Positions 22,348 through 31,916 of a stretch of DNA of 64,000 nucleotides are shown one piece after another. The position numbers and the translations under genes are program-made. The stretch covers positions 256,001-320,000 of the forward strand of contig CAVYTU010000013.1 of NCBI GenBank assembly GCA_963771465.1. Reading direction: 5' to 3'. Position 1 is the stretch's first letter; every line of letters begins with the position of its first letter. The notes below the pieces were generated by a model. The model worked only from the letters and a program-made list of their open reading frames with translations, made no database searches and was not told the DNA's origin. The DNA comes from an uncultured delta proteobacterium (GTDB lineage: Bacteria; Desulfobacterota; Binatia; UBA9968).

Positions 22348-24827
22348 TTGCCGCCCCCAAGCGAGATCGTCAGCACGCCGTGCTCGGCAAAATTTCGATC
22401 GTTATCCAAGCGCGCGATTTCCAGGCGGCCGATATCGAGACGGCCGCTCGCCAGCGCCGCGTTGCTGGGAAAACCCAAGCGCTGGAACTTGCGCACTTCC
22501 ACCGACTCGACGCCGGCGACCTGATGCGCCGCGGCGTAAATCGCGCTCAGATAGACCGGTTGATCGAAGGTGAAATTGTCCGGATGAAACAGGCCGCGCC
22601 GGTCGTCGGCGAGCTCGCGGTTGCTGAGCGCCTCTAACACCTCGCGCTCCACGTCGCTGCGAAAATGATCCGCCGCGACACACAAGAACAGATCGATTTC
22701 CAGGGCGACGAACTGGGGACCGTCGACTTCGAGATCGTGGCCGGCCATGCGATAACGCTCGACGTGGGCGCGCATGCCGGATTCAAATTCGTCGCTGACC
22801 GCCAGGCCGGCGTGGCGATCGACGGTGAGAAATACCGTGTGCCAGCTGCCGGTCCAACGAAAGGTCGCCGCGGCGCGCTGGACTTCGGTGTGGCGCTCGG
22901 TCACTTCGGCATAATCGGCCTCCGTCACGGCACGTTCCAACACTCGATAAGCCACCGGCGCGCGTTGGCGCACGTCTTCGAGGGATTCCGGGTCCCGCCC
23001 GCCGCGCGCCGGCAGTGGATTACGCAATGAAACAATCTGCGCAATGTTGGCTGCGATATGAACCAAGCTATCCGCGCCAATGTTGCCGGTCTTACCGTTG
23101 CCGACACGATACGTCGCCGAGAAAGCCGTGTCGGGTTCGGGACGCTTGCCTTGACGATCGTCACCGAAGCGCAGCCTGACGCCGCCGTCGTTGTCGATCT
23201 CGGCGACAAACTCTTCTGCCGCCGCGCTGCTGTTGAGCAGATCGCGGCGCGCGCGCCATGTTGCCGTCGTGCTGGCAAGCGTGCTGGTGAGCGTGATCGA
23301 GGGTTGGACATCGCGCTGAGACCACTGCATGGCGGCGCGCGCCGAATGAGTGTGATCATAGGGCGGCGCGGCATGAGTCAAGGGCGCTTTTTCAAGCCGG
23401 GGACGAAAGCGCGGAAAAATCGGTTGAGGTTTTTCCGCGGTGCAGCGATCGCCATCAGGCGCCGGCAGTTTAAACAAGTAAGGCTCCGGCACGCTGCCAA
23501 GTGCTTCGTTGCGGCGCGTCAGTCCGTGGTCGGCCAGCACGAGATTGCCGCGTGCTACGCTCACCTGCGCTTTGTAGCCGGTTTTGGTTTTCGCCGAGAG
23601 ACAAAATGGCAACGGCAAGCTATCCTCGGCGCTCCAACTAATCTCGGTAATCGCCGCGCCGGTGACCGGGTCGGTCAAAGCAGAATTGTCCGGCGCGGTA
23701 AACAGCACCGTCGCAAGTCTGACGACGTGGCGGCGGGTCGGATCGGCGTCGGCGGCGCTGCCGGTTTCAGGGCCGAGCACTTCTTCAAATAATAGGATGG
23801 TTCCCGGCGTGAGATTGGCATGGTGGCCGTCAAGCGTTGCGCGGGTGGCGCCTTTGGGCAGGCAACAACGCTGATCGCTCCAGTTGTAAAAATGCAGCTC
23901 GTTGTGATCGACGAAAAGTTTGTCGACGTCTTCCATCGATTCAAAACCGATTTCGGCTCGGTCGTAGACGCGCGGGTCGTCGGCGATTAGCGTCGACTGG
24001 CCGGCAATGCGCGTGAAAAATTTCATTCCCTTGGCGATCACCGGCGCGCCTGCAACTGGGCTGACCGCGTCTTGGCTGACACGGAAAAATATCCAAGTCC
24101 GCGCATTGGCGCCCTCGCTCATAAAATAATCCATCAAGCGCGCATGGCGGCGAATCGAAATGCGCTGGCGCGCCGTGCCGAGATAGGCCTCGGTGGCGAC
24201 CGCGTCCTGCTGATAGCTCAGCAAGTCGGCGCTGTAGGCGAGCGCTTCCACCAGGGCAACGCCGAGATCGGCTGGGTTGCGTTCTCTCCACGCCGGCATC
24301 AACGCCGCCATACGATCGAGCATCAGGCGGCGAAAGCTGGCGTAGTCCTTGGCCAGATAATCGATCTCGGGCCGAGGCTCCGGCTCGGCGGGACAAAGAT
24401 GACGCGGTGCGCAGTCGAATGGACTGGGGCATTCGACTTTGAAGGAAAATTCGACGGCGGCGAGCTGGGGATCGACGGTGTCGGGCACGTCGTCGTCAAG
24501 CGTGTCCTTGACCAGCCGCAATCGATAAAAAGAAAAATCGCCGGGACGGTCGACCTCGACGGTCAACACATGAGCGCTGGCGCCGCTGCCGGCGCTGGTG
24601 CCGAGTACTTTGATATTCTGTATCCGCTCGCCGCCCTCGATCAGGATATTTTTCGGCGCTAACACCAGCGCGCCGAGGGCTTTGACAAAATGCACGGTGA
24701 GAAAGCGCTGCCGATCGGCCGGGTTGGCGGCGGCGCGGTCGATGACTTCGAGGAAGTCGATGCCGTTCCAGTCGGCAGCCTGGCGCACCACGGTGCGACG
24801 CAGCTCATCGCAGCAAGAATAAATCAT
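22344..24827 (-). CDS. eCIS baseplate J-like protein (Afp11-like)
   Basis: DYLAKDYASFRRLMLDR, YQQDAVATEAYLGTAR, FGDDRQGKRP, RAVTEADY. Confidence 0.88.
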   Translation of the reverse strand: MIYSCCDELRRTVVRQAADWNGIDFLEVIDRAAANPADRQRFLTVHFVKALGALVLAPKNILIEGGERIQNIKVLGTSAGSGASAHVLTVEVDRPGDFSFYRLRLVKDTLDDDVPDTVDPQLAAVEFSFKVECPSPFDCAPRHLCPAEPEPRPEIDYLAKDYASFRRLMLDRMAALMPAWRERNPADLGVALVEALAYSADLLSYQQDAVATEAYLGTARQRISIRRHARLMDYFMSEGANARTWIFFRVSQDAVSPVAGAPVIAKGMKFFTRIAGQSTLIADDPRVYDRAEIGFESMEDVDKLFVDHNELHFYNWSDQRCCLPKGATRATLDGHHANLTPGTILLFEEVLGPETGSAADADPTRRHVVRLATVLFTAPDNSALTDPVTGAAITEISWSAEDSLPLPFCLSAKTKTGYKAQVSVARGNLVLADHGLTRRNEALGSVPEPYLFKLPAPDGDRCTAEKPQPIFPRFRPRLEKAPLTHAAPPYDHTHSARAAMQWSQRDVQPSITLTSTLASTTATWRARRDLLNSSAAAEEFVAEIDNDGGVRLRFGDDRQGKRPEPDTAFSATYRVGNGKTGNIGADSLVHIAANIAQIVSLRNPLPARGGRDPESLEDVRQRAPVAYRVLERAVTEADYAEVTERHTEVQRAAATFRWTGSWHTVFLTVDRHAGLAVSDEFESGMRAHVERYRMAGHDLEVDGPQFVALEIDLFLCVAADHFRSDVEREVLEALSNRELADDRRGLFHPDNFTFDQPVYLSAIYAAAHQVAGVESVEVRKFQRLGFPSNAALASGRLDIGRLEIARLDNDRNFAEHGVLTISLGGGK

Positions 24828-25189
24828 GCCGGCGCTCCGTGCACGAAAGTCTGAGTCTCGCGCGCGCCGCTTCGGCGCACGATGTATTTCACCGTGATCT
24901 CAAAGATAGCTTCTTCGGCGCGCACGTCGAGGGATTCAACGATGATCAGGTCGCCGAGCCACTGCTGCAGGGCAGCCTGCGCCAACATTTGCGTGGTGGC
25001 GGCGAGCTCGACGCTGTTGGGCGCAAAGACCAACTGCAACAGACCGCTGCCAAAGCTCGGCCGCATGACTCTTTCACCGGGACTGGTGAGCAGCACTTGA
25101 TAGATCAGATCGCGGATGTGATCGGCGTCGTCGGTGGACGCGCTGCGGCCGCGCTCATCGTAGTGAAATGGAAAATCTAGATTGGCCAT
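24824..25189 (-). CDS. GPW/gp25 baseplate protein (Afp9-like)
   Basis: LLTSPGERVMRPSFGSGL signature. Confidence 0.92.
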   Translation of the reverse strand: MANLDFPFHYDERGRSASTDDADHIRDLIYQVLLTSPGERVMRPSFGSGLLQLVFAPNSVELAATTQMLAQAALQQWLGDLIIVESLDVRAEEAIFEITVKYIVRRSGARETQTFVHGAPA

Positions 25190-25192
25190 GGT

Positions 25193-25516
25193 TTACATCC
25201 CCGTCACTCTAATTTGCGTCACCGCCGGGATCAGCGGCGTGCCCGTCGGCGCGCAGATCGCTTGGCTGTCGAGCAACAAGAGCGGCACGCCGTTACTGAG
25301 CACGCGGGTCGCCGAGGTCACGTACTGCGCGGTCACGCACGGCCCGTTGGCGCCCGGCGGTGGCGGCAAGGTGCAACCGGCGATGGCATAGACGCTGTTC
25401 AGCGGCACCACCGGTTGGCCGCTTACCAGCACGCGCGGATTCGGCGCTGTCGGCGTCGCCTGACCGAGGTGCGCACAGGTGATAACCGCGCCGAGATGAA
25501 GCAAAGGTCCGGGCAT
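25193..25516 (-). CDS. PAAR-like spike tip protein
   Basis: Small protein with CAHLG, RVLVSGQPV, GC...PC and C motifs, directly after the spike gene. Confidence 0.75.
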   Translation of the reverse strand: MPGPLLHLGAVITCAHLGQATPTAPNPRVLVSGQPVVPLNSVYAIAGCTLPPPPGANGPCVTAQYVTSATRVLSNGVPLLLLDSQAICAPTGTPLIPAVTQIRVTGM

Positions 25517-25529
25517 GAGGCGTATTCCT

Positions 25530-26090
25530 CTAAATAATCGTCAGCGCGCCGTTGTTGATCGTGATGGTCGGCCCGACCATCATGATCGTCGCGCCTTTGC
25601 CGTTGGAGATGAAAACTCCGGCGTCATTAACCACGATGGATGCGCCGGTGGTGCTTCGTAGCGTGATGCCTCCGGTAACCGGCGCCGGCGGCGGCAGCAC
25701 CGGCGGCGGCACCGCCGGCGCCATGTCGCTGATGATGATGGCGTTCTGCAATAGAGACTGAATGACAATATTCGGATCGGCCGGATTGCCCAGTTGCGCG
25801 ACGAGAGGAATATCGGACTGCGCGCCCCAGCGGCAGCCGACCCAAATCGGGTAGTCGGGATCGCCATGCTCGAACTCGACCCAAACTCCAGCGCCGATGG
25901 GCGGCACCATATAAACACCCATGGGCGGCCCGGTGGGCCCGGCCAGCGCCACGCAAGGCTCGGCCCAAGTCGTCGGCAAGAGCGACAAGACATCGGGCAC
26001 GATCAACATCAAGCGGCCGCGCCGTTCCGGGTCGACGTTGTTGAGCACGGTGCCGCGGTATTTGCCCCAGTATTTTTTATCTTCGCTCAT
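25530..26090 (-). CDS. Baseplate assembly protein V / gp5-like spike
   Basis: Start MSEDKKYWGKYRGTV at 26090; DPERRGR, PPIGAGVWVEFEHGDPDYPIWVG OB-fold; short beta-helix C-terminus. Confidence 0.88.
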   Translation of the reverse strand: MSEDKKYWGKYRGTVLNNVDPERRGRLMLIVPDVLSLLPTTWAEPCVALAGPTGPPMGVYMVPPIGAGVWVEFEHGDPDYPIWVGCRWGAQSDIPLVAQLGNPADPNIVIQSLLQNAIIISDMAPAVPPPVLPPPAPVTGGITLRSTTGASIVVNDAGVFISNGKGATIMMVGPTITINNGALTII

Positions 26091-27214
26091 GTCATCACCC
26101 GTGGTGTGTTGGAGATCAGACCGTCGCGCGACAGTTGAAAGCTCTGCTTGTACTCGCCGCGCTTGATGTTGTGGGTGACGCTGTTGACGTAATACAGGCC
26201 GTCGTAAGCGATCCCCGCGCCGCGCACGCCGGCGAGCATGCGTGAACGCAGCACATGGCCGTAGCGCAGCACGTCCAAGCTCCCCGATGCCGTGATCGCG
26301 TCCGAATTGTTCATCAGAAAACCCAAAATGCCTTTGGCCGCTTCGTCGGGCCGTTCTTTGGCGACGTCCTTGGCAAACTCGATTTTCGCCGGCGCCGTCG
26401 GGCGCGCGCCCAGCGGCGGCTTGAAGGCATTGATATTCGGCACCGGGATGGGAATTGGAATTTTCTTGGTGATCGGGTCCATCACCGTGTAGATGCGTAC
26501 CTTCTTGGCCATGCCGTCGAGGCTGAAGCTCAACGACTCGACGTTGGTATGCGCGTCCATGTTGACGTTGAGCGCCGGCTGGGGCACGGGAAGGCGAATA
26601 TCGGGTCCGAAGTAGGCGATGCTTTGCATCGGCAACGGCCCCGGTTCGACGTAAAAGACGTAGCCGCACTGCTGCGCCAGCCGTTGAATGAAGGCACGGT
26701 CGGTCATCAGCGGCTGACTCTTGATCTTGGTGGTCGGAATATCGATCACAGAGATAATCGGTGGAATCACCAGCGGCACGATGCCTAACGCGAGATAGGG
26801 CGCGAGCACGGCGGTGATCTTGACGTTGTCGGGTATCGCGGGAAGCGGTTTGGGCAGCTCGACCAAATCCATCAGCACACTGAGATCTTCGCCGGTCACC
26901 GTGACCTTCGACTTGCCCGGCTCGTTGGCGGGCGACACTTCCTGCTGGGTAATGACGCCATCCATTAAAACGTTGGGCAACCCATGCAGCGTGACCATGA
27001 TGACCACGCGCGTGACGATGGGATCCAAATAGCCGGCCGGCAACAGGGTGGTCAGCAACGGCGCCGACTTGCCGGTGGTGAACGCTATTTGAAAGCCGGC
27101 GCGATCCGTGCCGCTGGTGACCTGCACACTCTCGATGGCGTCGAGCACGCTGCGCGGCACCGGCAACGGCAGTCCCGGACCGATCATCACGGTAAGTTGG
27201 ATGCCGTCAGCCAT
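26087..27214 (-). CDS. Baseplate hub (gp27/late control D-like)
   Basis: VTVTGEDLSVLMD, TDRAFIQRLAQQCGYVFYV, YDGLYYVNSVTH; lies between the LysM and spike genes. Confidence 0.78.
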   Translation of the reverse strand: MADGIQLTVMIGPGLPLPVPRSVLDAIESVQVTSGTDRAGFQIAFTTGKSAPLLTTLLPAGYLDPIVTRVVIMVTLHGLPNVLMDGVITQQEVSPANEPGKSKVTVTGEDLSVLMDLVELPKPLPAIPDNVKITAVLAPYLALGIVPLVIPPIISVIDIPTTKIKSQPLMTDRAFIQRLAQQCGYVFYVEPGPLPMQSIAYFGPDIRLPVPQPALNVNMDAHTNVESLSFSLDGMAKKVRIYTVMDPITKKIPIPIPVPNINAFKPPLGARPTAPAKIEFAKDVAKERPDEAAKGILGFLMNNSDAITASGSLDVLRYGHVLRSRMLAGVRGAGIAYDGLYYVNSVTHNIKRGEYKQSFQLSRDGLISNTPRVMT

Positions 27215-27578
27215 CCGTAACTCCCGGCACGCCCGCGGGCAGAGTGATGCGCAGCCGGCGACCGATGGTTTCGGTCAGCTCGTCGGGACGCATGGCGCCG
27301 TTGGCATCGCAAAGCCGCCAATAGAGTTCGGCATCGCCGAAATGCGTCGAGGCGAGATTATCGAGCCGGTCGCCGGAAACCACGCTATGTTCGCTCACCG
27401 GAGCGAGCTGCTCCGGCGCCGGCGCGAAGCGCCGTTTCAAGTACGGGATCATCCGGCCGTCGGCCGTTAACAACGTCACCGTCGCCGTCGCGTAATAGCG
27501 GCTGTTGACGGCGAAGCGCGGCACGTTGCCGGCGCCCTGGGCTAAAATCATTTCGAGCTGTTTTTGCGGATCGCTCAT
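27207..27578 (-). CDS. LysM-like baseplate protein
   Basis: HSVVSGDRLDNLA...YWRLCDAN...GRRLRI. Confidence 0.85.
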   Translation of the reverse strand: MSDPQKQLEMILAQGAGNVPRFAVNSRYYATATVTLLTADGRMIPYLKRRFAPAPEQLAPVSEHSVVSGDRLDNLASTHFGDAELYWRLCDANGAMRPDELTETIGRRLRITLPAGVPGVTDG

Positions 27579-28231
27579 GGGATGCCTCCGATGCCGAGCG
27601 TGGCGAAGCTGCCGCTGGCGACTTTCGCCGCCAACTGTTCTTTGTTTTGCAGGTAACTGATGAACAGGCTGCCGCCTTTATGTTGGAAGCCGAGATCGTC
27701 GACGCTCAACACGCGCATGCCGAGACTCACTTTGGCGCGGGTCGGATTGAGCGCCGGATCGAACGCTTCTTCGGTGATGCTGAAATCGGTAACGCGCACG
27801 GGAACGATGCGCTGCTTGCTCCAAACAAAAAGCGCCAGCGCCGCTTCCAGCGGGGCGATTTCCAAAATGCCGGATTGGGCGAGTTGATTATTACTGTTCA
27901 GTTGACCGCTGCTCGGCTGAACCAAGGATTCCAACAGCGCCAGTTGCGGCTGGATGCCGTGCTCGACGGCATTCTGATTCTGCTCGGGAAATTCCAATTG
28001 ATCGGTGGCGTCGATCTCGGCGTCGAGCTTGATCGTCTCCACCGCCGGACCTTTCAAACGCAACGCTTCCGAACGATCGCCGCCCTCGCCGGTTCCCTGG
28101 ACTTGCAAAGTACGGCTCAACGACTCGGGATTGTATTGCAGCGAGATGATGCGTAGAACCTGCGCCGACTGCGGGTCGATCAACACGATGCCGCCTTTGA
28201 TCAGTTTCGGCGAGTTGGGAAACGTCGTCAT
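27575..28231 (-). CDS. CIS tube-initiator-like protein (Afp7 N-terminal-like)
   Basis: LQYNPESLSR, FVWSKQRIVPVRVTDFSITEEAFDPALNPTRAKVSL. Confidence 0.8.
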   Translation of the reverse strand: MTTFPNSPKLIKGGIVLIDPQSAQVLRIISLQYNPESLSRTLQVQGTGEGGDRSEALRLKGPAVETIKLDAEIDATDQLEFPEQNQNAVEHGIQPQLALLESLVQPSSGQLNSNNQLAQSGILEIAPLEAALALFVWSKQRIVPVRVTDFSITEEAFDPALNPTRAKVSLGMRVLSVDDLGFQHKGGSLFISYLQNKEQLAAKVASGSFATLGIGGIP

Positions 28232-28271
28232 GAAAATCTCTCACTTCCAGATTCGGCCATGTCGTCAAGTT

Positions 28272-28988
28272 TCATATAGGCGCTGCTGCGCTTAGCGTGT
28301 CGGCGCTATCGATGACGTAGCGCGACGCATTGACATAAAGTTTGTTAAACAGCTCCGGGAACGGCACTCGAAAACTCACCGGATCCTCGGCAATCTCTTG
28401 CAGCTTCTGCCGTGTCACAGTCACGTCGAGAACCGGCCGCGGCTCGACGATCGTCATGGCGACCATGCTGAGATTCTCGTGATCGGCTCGCCGCAAGAAA
28501 AATTCCGTCGGACCAACGTGAAAAAGCTCGCGCAGGTAATCGCGCAGGAGCACGAGTTTCAGACATTCGAGTCCACGATCATCGATACCTTCGCGCCGCG
28601 CCAGCAGCTTTTCCGCCAGTTGCCGGCGGCCAAAGCAGATGCGCCGCTCGACGGTTAACGCTTGCTGGCGAATGGCGGCGGGCGGCCGTTGGATAAACTC
28701 TAGCTCGAAAATTCCGTTGGCTTCATCTTCCAGTACGACGAAGCGGCGGCGCTCCGAGGGATCGTACTGAACGATCCAAACGCCGCCCGGCAGGTCGGTA
28801 AACAGCAGCGGCGTGTCGCGCCGGTAACGCGCGCCGCACTTAAGACAGGACAACTCGCCCCAACTGCCGTCGATGATGCGATCCGCAGCCGCCTTGATGC
28901 GCGCGCCGTTGACGCTGACGAAAACTTTCTCGACTTGCGCCGCGCCGCAAACCGGACAGATGACCTCTTGGATCTCGCAACGGCTCAT
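28272..28988 (-). CDS. CpXC-domain zinc-ribbon protein
   Basis: CPVCG and CLKCG pairs, LLFTD, LAEKLL...DDRGLECLK. Confidence 0.75.
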   Translation of the reverse strand: MSRCEIQEVICPVCGAAQVEKVFVSVNGARIKAAADRIIDGSWGELSCLKCGARYRRDTPLLFTDLPGGVWIVQYDPSERRRFVVLEDEANGIFELEFIQRPPAAIRQQALTVERRICFGRRQLAEKLLARREGIDDRGLECLKLVLLRDYLRELFHVGPTEFFLRRADHENLSMVAMTIVEPRPVLDVTVTRQKLQEIAEDPVSFRVPFPELFNKLYVNASRYVIDSADTLSAAAPI

Positions 28989-29923
28989 AAAAAATCCGCG
29001 TAGCCTTTCAGGATCAAATGATCGGCGGCGCCGATGCGCACGCCGAGATAGGAAAGCGTTTCGCGACCGGCTGCATCACAGAGCCAGCGCAGGCGTTCCT
29101 GCGTTTGCGCCGCTGCGGCGCCGTCGAGCAGTCCAGCCGCCACCATCGGCGCAACATCCGGGTAATCGATCTTGAGCGAACCGTCGCTGCCGTCCTCGCA
29201 AAGGGCGAGAGAAACAAATACGGTCTCGGCGCGATAGCGCGGCGCCAATCGGTCGTGATAAGCCAGCCATCTCGGCAGCGCGGTCGGCGCCGCAGCAAAG
29301 CGTTCGACCGCGCGCCGCAAGCGAGCTTCGACGGCTTGAAACGAGTCTTGCGTCAGATATTGCGAAAAATAAAACTTGTACCAGAGCGGCCGATCCGGCC
29401 GCGCCGTAAACGCGACAAAGTGGACCGTGTCTTTGCCCAGTAACGCGCCGAGCTCGCGAAATTCGCCAAGCGGCAAACAGCGGCCGGCGAAGCCGGCGAG
29501 GATTTTCAGCGCATCATGAACGTAAGGGCGGCGCCGATAATAGACCGCAATCTGGCGCTCGATCCGGTCACCGAGAACGCACCATTCGAGCTTCAAGAAA
29601 GCGCGCTTATGGTCGAACGCTTCGGCCAATGTGAGCTGAAACCGCTTGGCCTCCTCGGTCATGTGCCACGACTTCATCAACTCGCTCACGCGCTGGGTGA
29701 AGTTCTGGCCTTCGCCGCGGACGAGTAGTCCAACCACGGGCGAATCGGTTGCGGCGATCAGCTCGCCGTAGGAATCAAATTCCGGAAAAATGCAGCGAGC
29801 GACGTCGTCAATCTCCGATACAGCGGCCGGTGCCAAAGCCGTCACTACATCGGTGAGAATGCCCAGACGACCGAAGTCCGTTAAACGGTTGAATGAACCG
29901 TCGTGTCGAAGAACTGCTTCCAA
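28985..29923 (-). CDS. Hypothetical protein, possible ABBA prenyltransferase-fold
   Basis: Coupled to both neighbours; periodic strand-pair motifs IAVYY, YKFYF, LKIDY, LKGY. Confidence 0.5.
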   Translation of the reverse strand: MEAVLRHDGSFNRLTDFGRLGILTDVVTALAPAAVSEIDDVARCIFPEFDSYGELIAATDSPVVGLLVRGEGQNFTQRVSELMKSWHMTEEAKRFQLTLAEAFDHKRAFLKLEWCVLGDRIERQIAVYYRRRPYVHDALKILAGFAGRCLPLGEFRELGALLGKDTVHFVAFTARPDRPLWYKFYFSQYLTQDSFQAVEARLRRAVERFAAAPTALPRWLAYHDRLAPRYRAETVFVSLALCEDGSDGSLKIDYPDVAPMVAAGLLDGAAAAQTQERLRWLCDAAGRETLSYLGVRIGAADHLILKGYADFL

Positions 29924-31905
29924 CTTGGCACTCCTTTTAGTTTTTCGCCGCGCTTGGGACCGGGACCTTCTTCGTAGTAGGCTTCATACATTTCCGCGAA
30001 GAATTCCGGATGGCCGAAGAGCGAGTAATTGGTCAGTCGCTTGTCCTGCACGATGGCGTTGTAGACGTAGAATTCGTGGTAGTAAGCGCTCCAACTGTAA
30101 TAGCGCCCGCCCAGCTTTTTAACGCTGCCAAGATCGTTCCATACCTTGTCCTTCTTGCCGGCCAGACTCTTGGCGGCTTCGATCATCGGCACGTTGTCAT
30201 TCCAGTAGGTGCGAATCGCGTGTCCGGGAGCAGCGCCGGCGCGCAGCCCGCCGCTGCCATCGCCCGCGACGTAGGTGTCGAGCAAAGTGTTGATCGCAAT
30301 TTGATCGGCGACCGGAACTTGAGTGCCATCGCTGCGTTTCCATGGGTTAGGCATCGTGAGCTCCCACAGCACAGACGAGTTGCTCCAATCCCATCCATTG
30401 ATCGCATCTTTTTTGAAGGCTTCGGTCTTCGCCCCCAAATAGTCATCGATGGCATGGCCGACTTCATGGCGCGTCAGGCCGGCGACGTTGCCGAACTCGG
30501 TGCCGACGCGGATCGTTCCCGTGGACGCGCTCCAAGAGCCTTGCTCCGCCTTTAACGCGTCGAGCTGGAATGCCGCGACTTCACCGGTGCTAATGCCGGC
30601 GATATCTTGCGCGGCGCGCACCACGTGACCGGCCGGCACCATCTGCAAGGCGCGATGCACCTTCCGAATCAAGTCAACGTTCCAACTCGGCACCTTGCCA
30701 CCCGCGCCGGCGCGGGTGGTCAGGTTGAGATTCCAACGCGCTTCGAAGGCGGCTTGCACGCGTGCGATTCGATTGTCGTTTTCAATTTGCGTGTTGGCAT
30801 CGGCAACGACAGTGGCAGGCATTTGATGTCCGCGCGGTAGACTACCGATTACGTTAGCCACGATGTCGATACCGAGCTTGGCAAAATGGTTGCAGGCCTC
30901 GTTGACGAGGCCTGGGAACAGCATCAATGTATGATAGGTGTCGGCACTTGCGTTCACTCCCTCGCGGTAAAATTTTTCGGCGATGATGGCTAATGCCTGG
31001 CCCAACTCATCGTCAGAGAGTTCGTCGCGAAGTTGCAGCAGCATCGTGCTGCCTTGAATCTGTCTTTTGAGATCGGGCACGCTGCTCGCGCGTAGAGCGT
31101 CATAGATGGCCTCTTCGTCGGTGCCCCAACCTTCAGAGGCGGCGTGCACTCGCGACTCCCCGCTGGCGCCGAGCAACCCCAGGACTTTGCCCCACTCGCT
31201 GCGGCTGAGATCGTCGTAAAGGTCGTCCATCAAAACCGGATCGGAGAGCACGGCGGTTTTTTCATCCGCGTCGGCGTTCGCAAGCCGCGTGTAGATCGCT
31301 TCTTCGTCGGTGCCCCAACCGGCGATCGCTTCGCGCAGATCGTCTTTGATCGTGCGATAAATCACGCCGGGATGAGCGACGGCTGCTTGTGACGGGGCGA
31401 GTCCTGCGGCGATCCGCTGCGCGCTCATTTCCGCCGCGCGTTCGGGAGCTGATTCAGGCCGGCTCAATTGAAAACCGCCGCTCGGTCGCGTCCACTCGGC
31501 GTGCTGCGCCACGTGCGCCAGCTCGTGGGCGAGTAAAGTTCGGCCGCGCTCGCTGTGCGGTTGATAGCGGCCGGCGCCGAAAACGATGTCACGGCCCGCG
31601 GTGTAAGCGTCGGCGTGAAGCGCATCGGCCGATTGGGCCGCGCGTTGGTCGGTGTGAATCCGCACGCGCGCAAAATCGTGGCCGAAGCGCGGCTCGAAGA
31701 CCTCGCGAGATTTCTCATCGAGCGCTTCTCCCGGCGACTGCAGTACTTGGTTTACAGCGGCAGGCGCCGTCTGTGGCTTTGCTGCTTGCAAAGCTTGAAA
31801 CCATGGCGCCACAGCTTTGCTCGCGCGCTGACCAGAATGGCTGGCCTGGTTCTTACTTTCGGCCTGATCGTTTCGCTTTGGCAATGAGGTTCGGTGATCG
31901 CTCAT
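29881..31905 (-). CDS. DUF4157 protein with two annexin-like repeats and a C-terminal HExxH zinc metalloprotease
   Basis: ATG 31905 with AAGGA RBS; FEPRFGHDFARVRIH...LLAHELAHVAQ; two GWGTDEEAIY; RHEVGHAID...EFFAEMY. Confidence 0.8.
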   Translation of the reverse strand: MSDHRTSLPKRNDQAESKNQASHSGQRASKAVAPWFQALQAAKPQTAPAAVNQVLQSPGEALDEKSREVFEPRFGHDFARVRIHTDQRAAQSADALHADAYTAGRDIVFGAGRYQPHSERGRTLLAHELAHVAQHAEWTRPSGGFQLSRPESAPERAAEMSAQRIAAGLAPSQAAVAHPGVIYRTIKDDLREAIAGWGTDEEAIYTRLANADADEKTAVLSDPVLMDDLYDDLSRSEWGKVLGLLGASGESRVHAASEGWGTDEEAIYDALRASSVPDLKRQIQGSTMLLQLRDELSDDELGQALAIIAEKFYREGVNASADTYHTLMLFPGLVNEACNHFAKLGIDIVANVIGSLPRGHQMPATVVADANTQIENDNRIARVQAAFEARWNLNLTTRAGAGGKVPSWNVDLIRKVHRALQMVPAGHVVRAAQDIAGISTGEVAAFQLDALKAEQGSWSASTGTIRVGTEFGNVAGLTRHEVGHAIDDYLGAKTEAFKKDAINGWDWSNSSVLWELTMPNPWKRSDGTQVPVADQIAINTLLDTYVAGDGSGGLRAGAAPGHAIRTYWNDNVPMIEAAKSLAGKKDKVWNDLGSVKKLGGRYYSWSAYYHEFYVYNAIVQDKRLTNYSLFGHPEFFAEMYEAYYEEGPGPKRGEKLKGVPSWKQFFDTTVHSTV

Positions 31906-31916
31906 AGCTATCGTCC

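Noticed and set aside
25530-26669. ORF-track N-terminal extensions (379-aa spike, 717-aa ATPase, 501-aa GT, 697-aa effector) and the many antisense ORFs
   Set aside because: They overlap well-supported genes or the repeat; downstream coupled ATG starts fit better, and long shadow ORFs are expected in GC-rich DNA.
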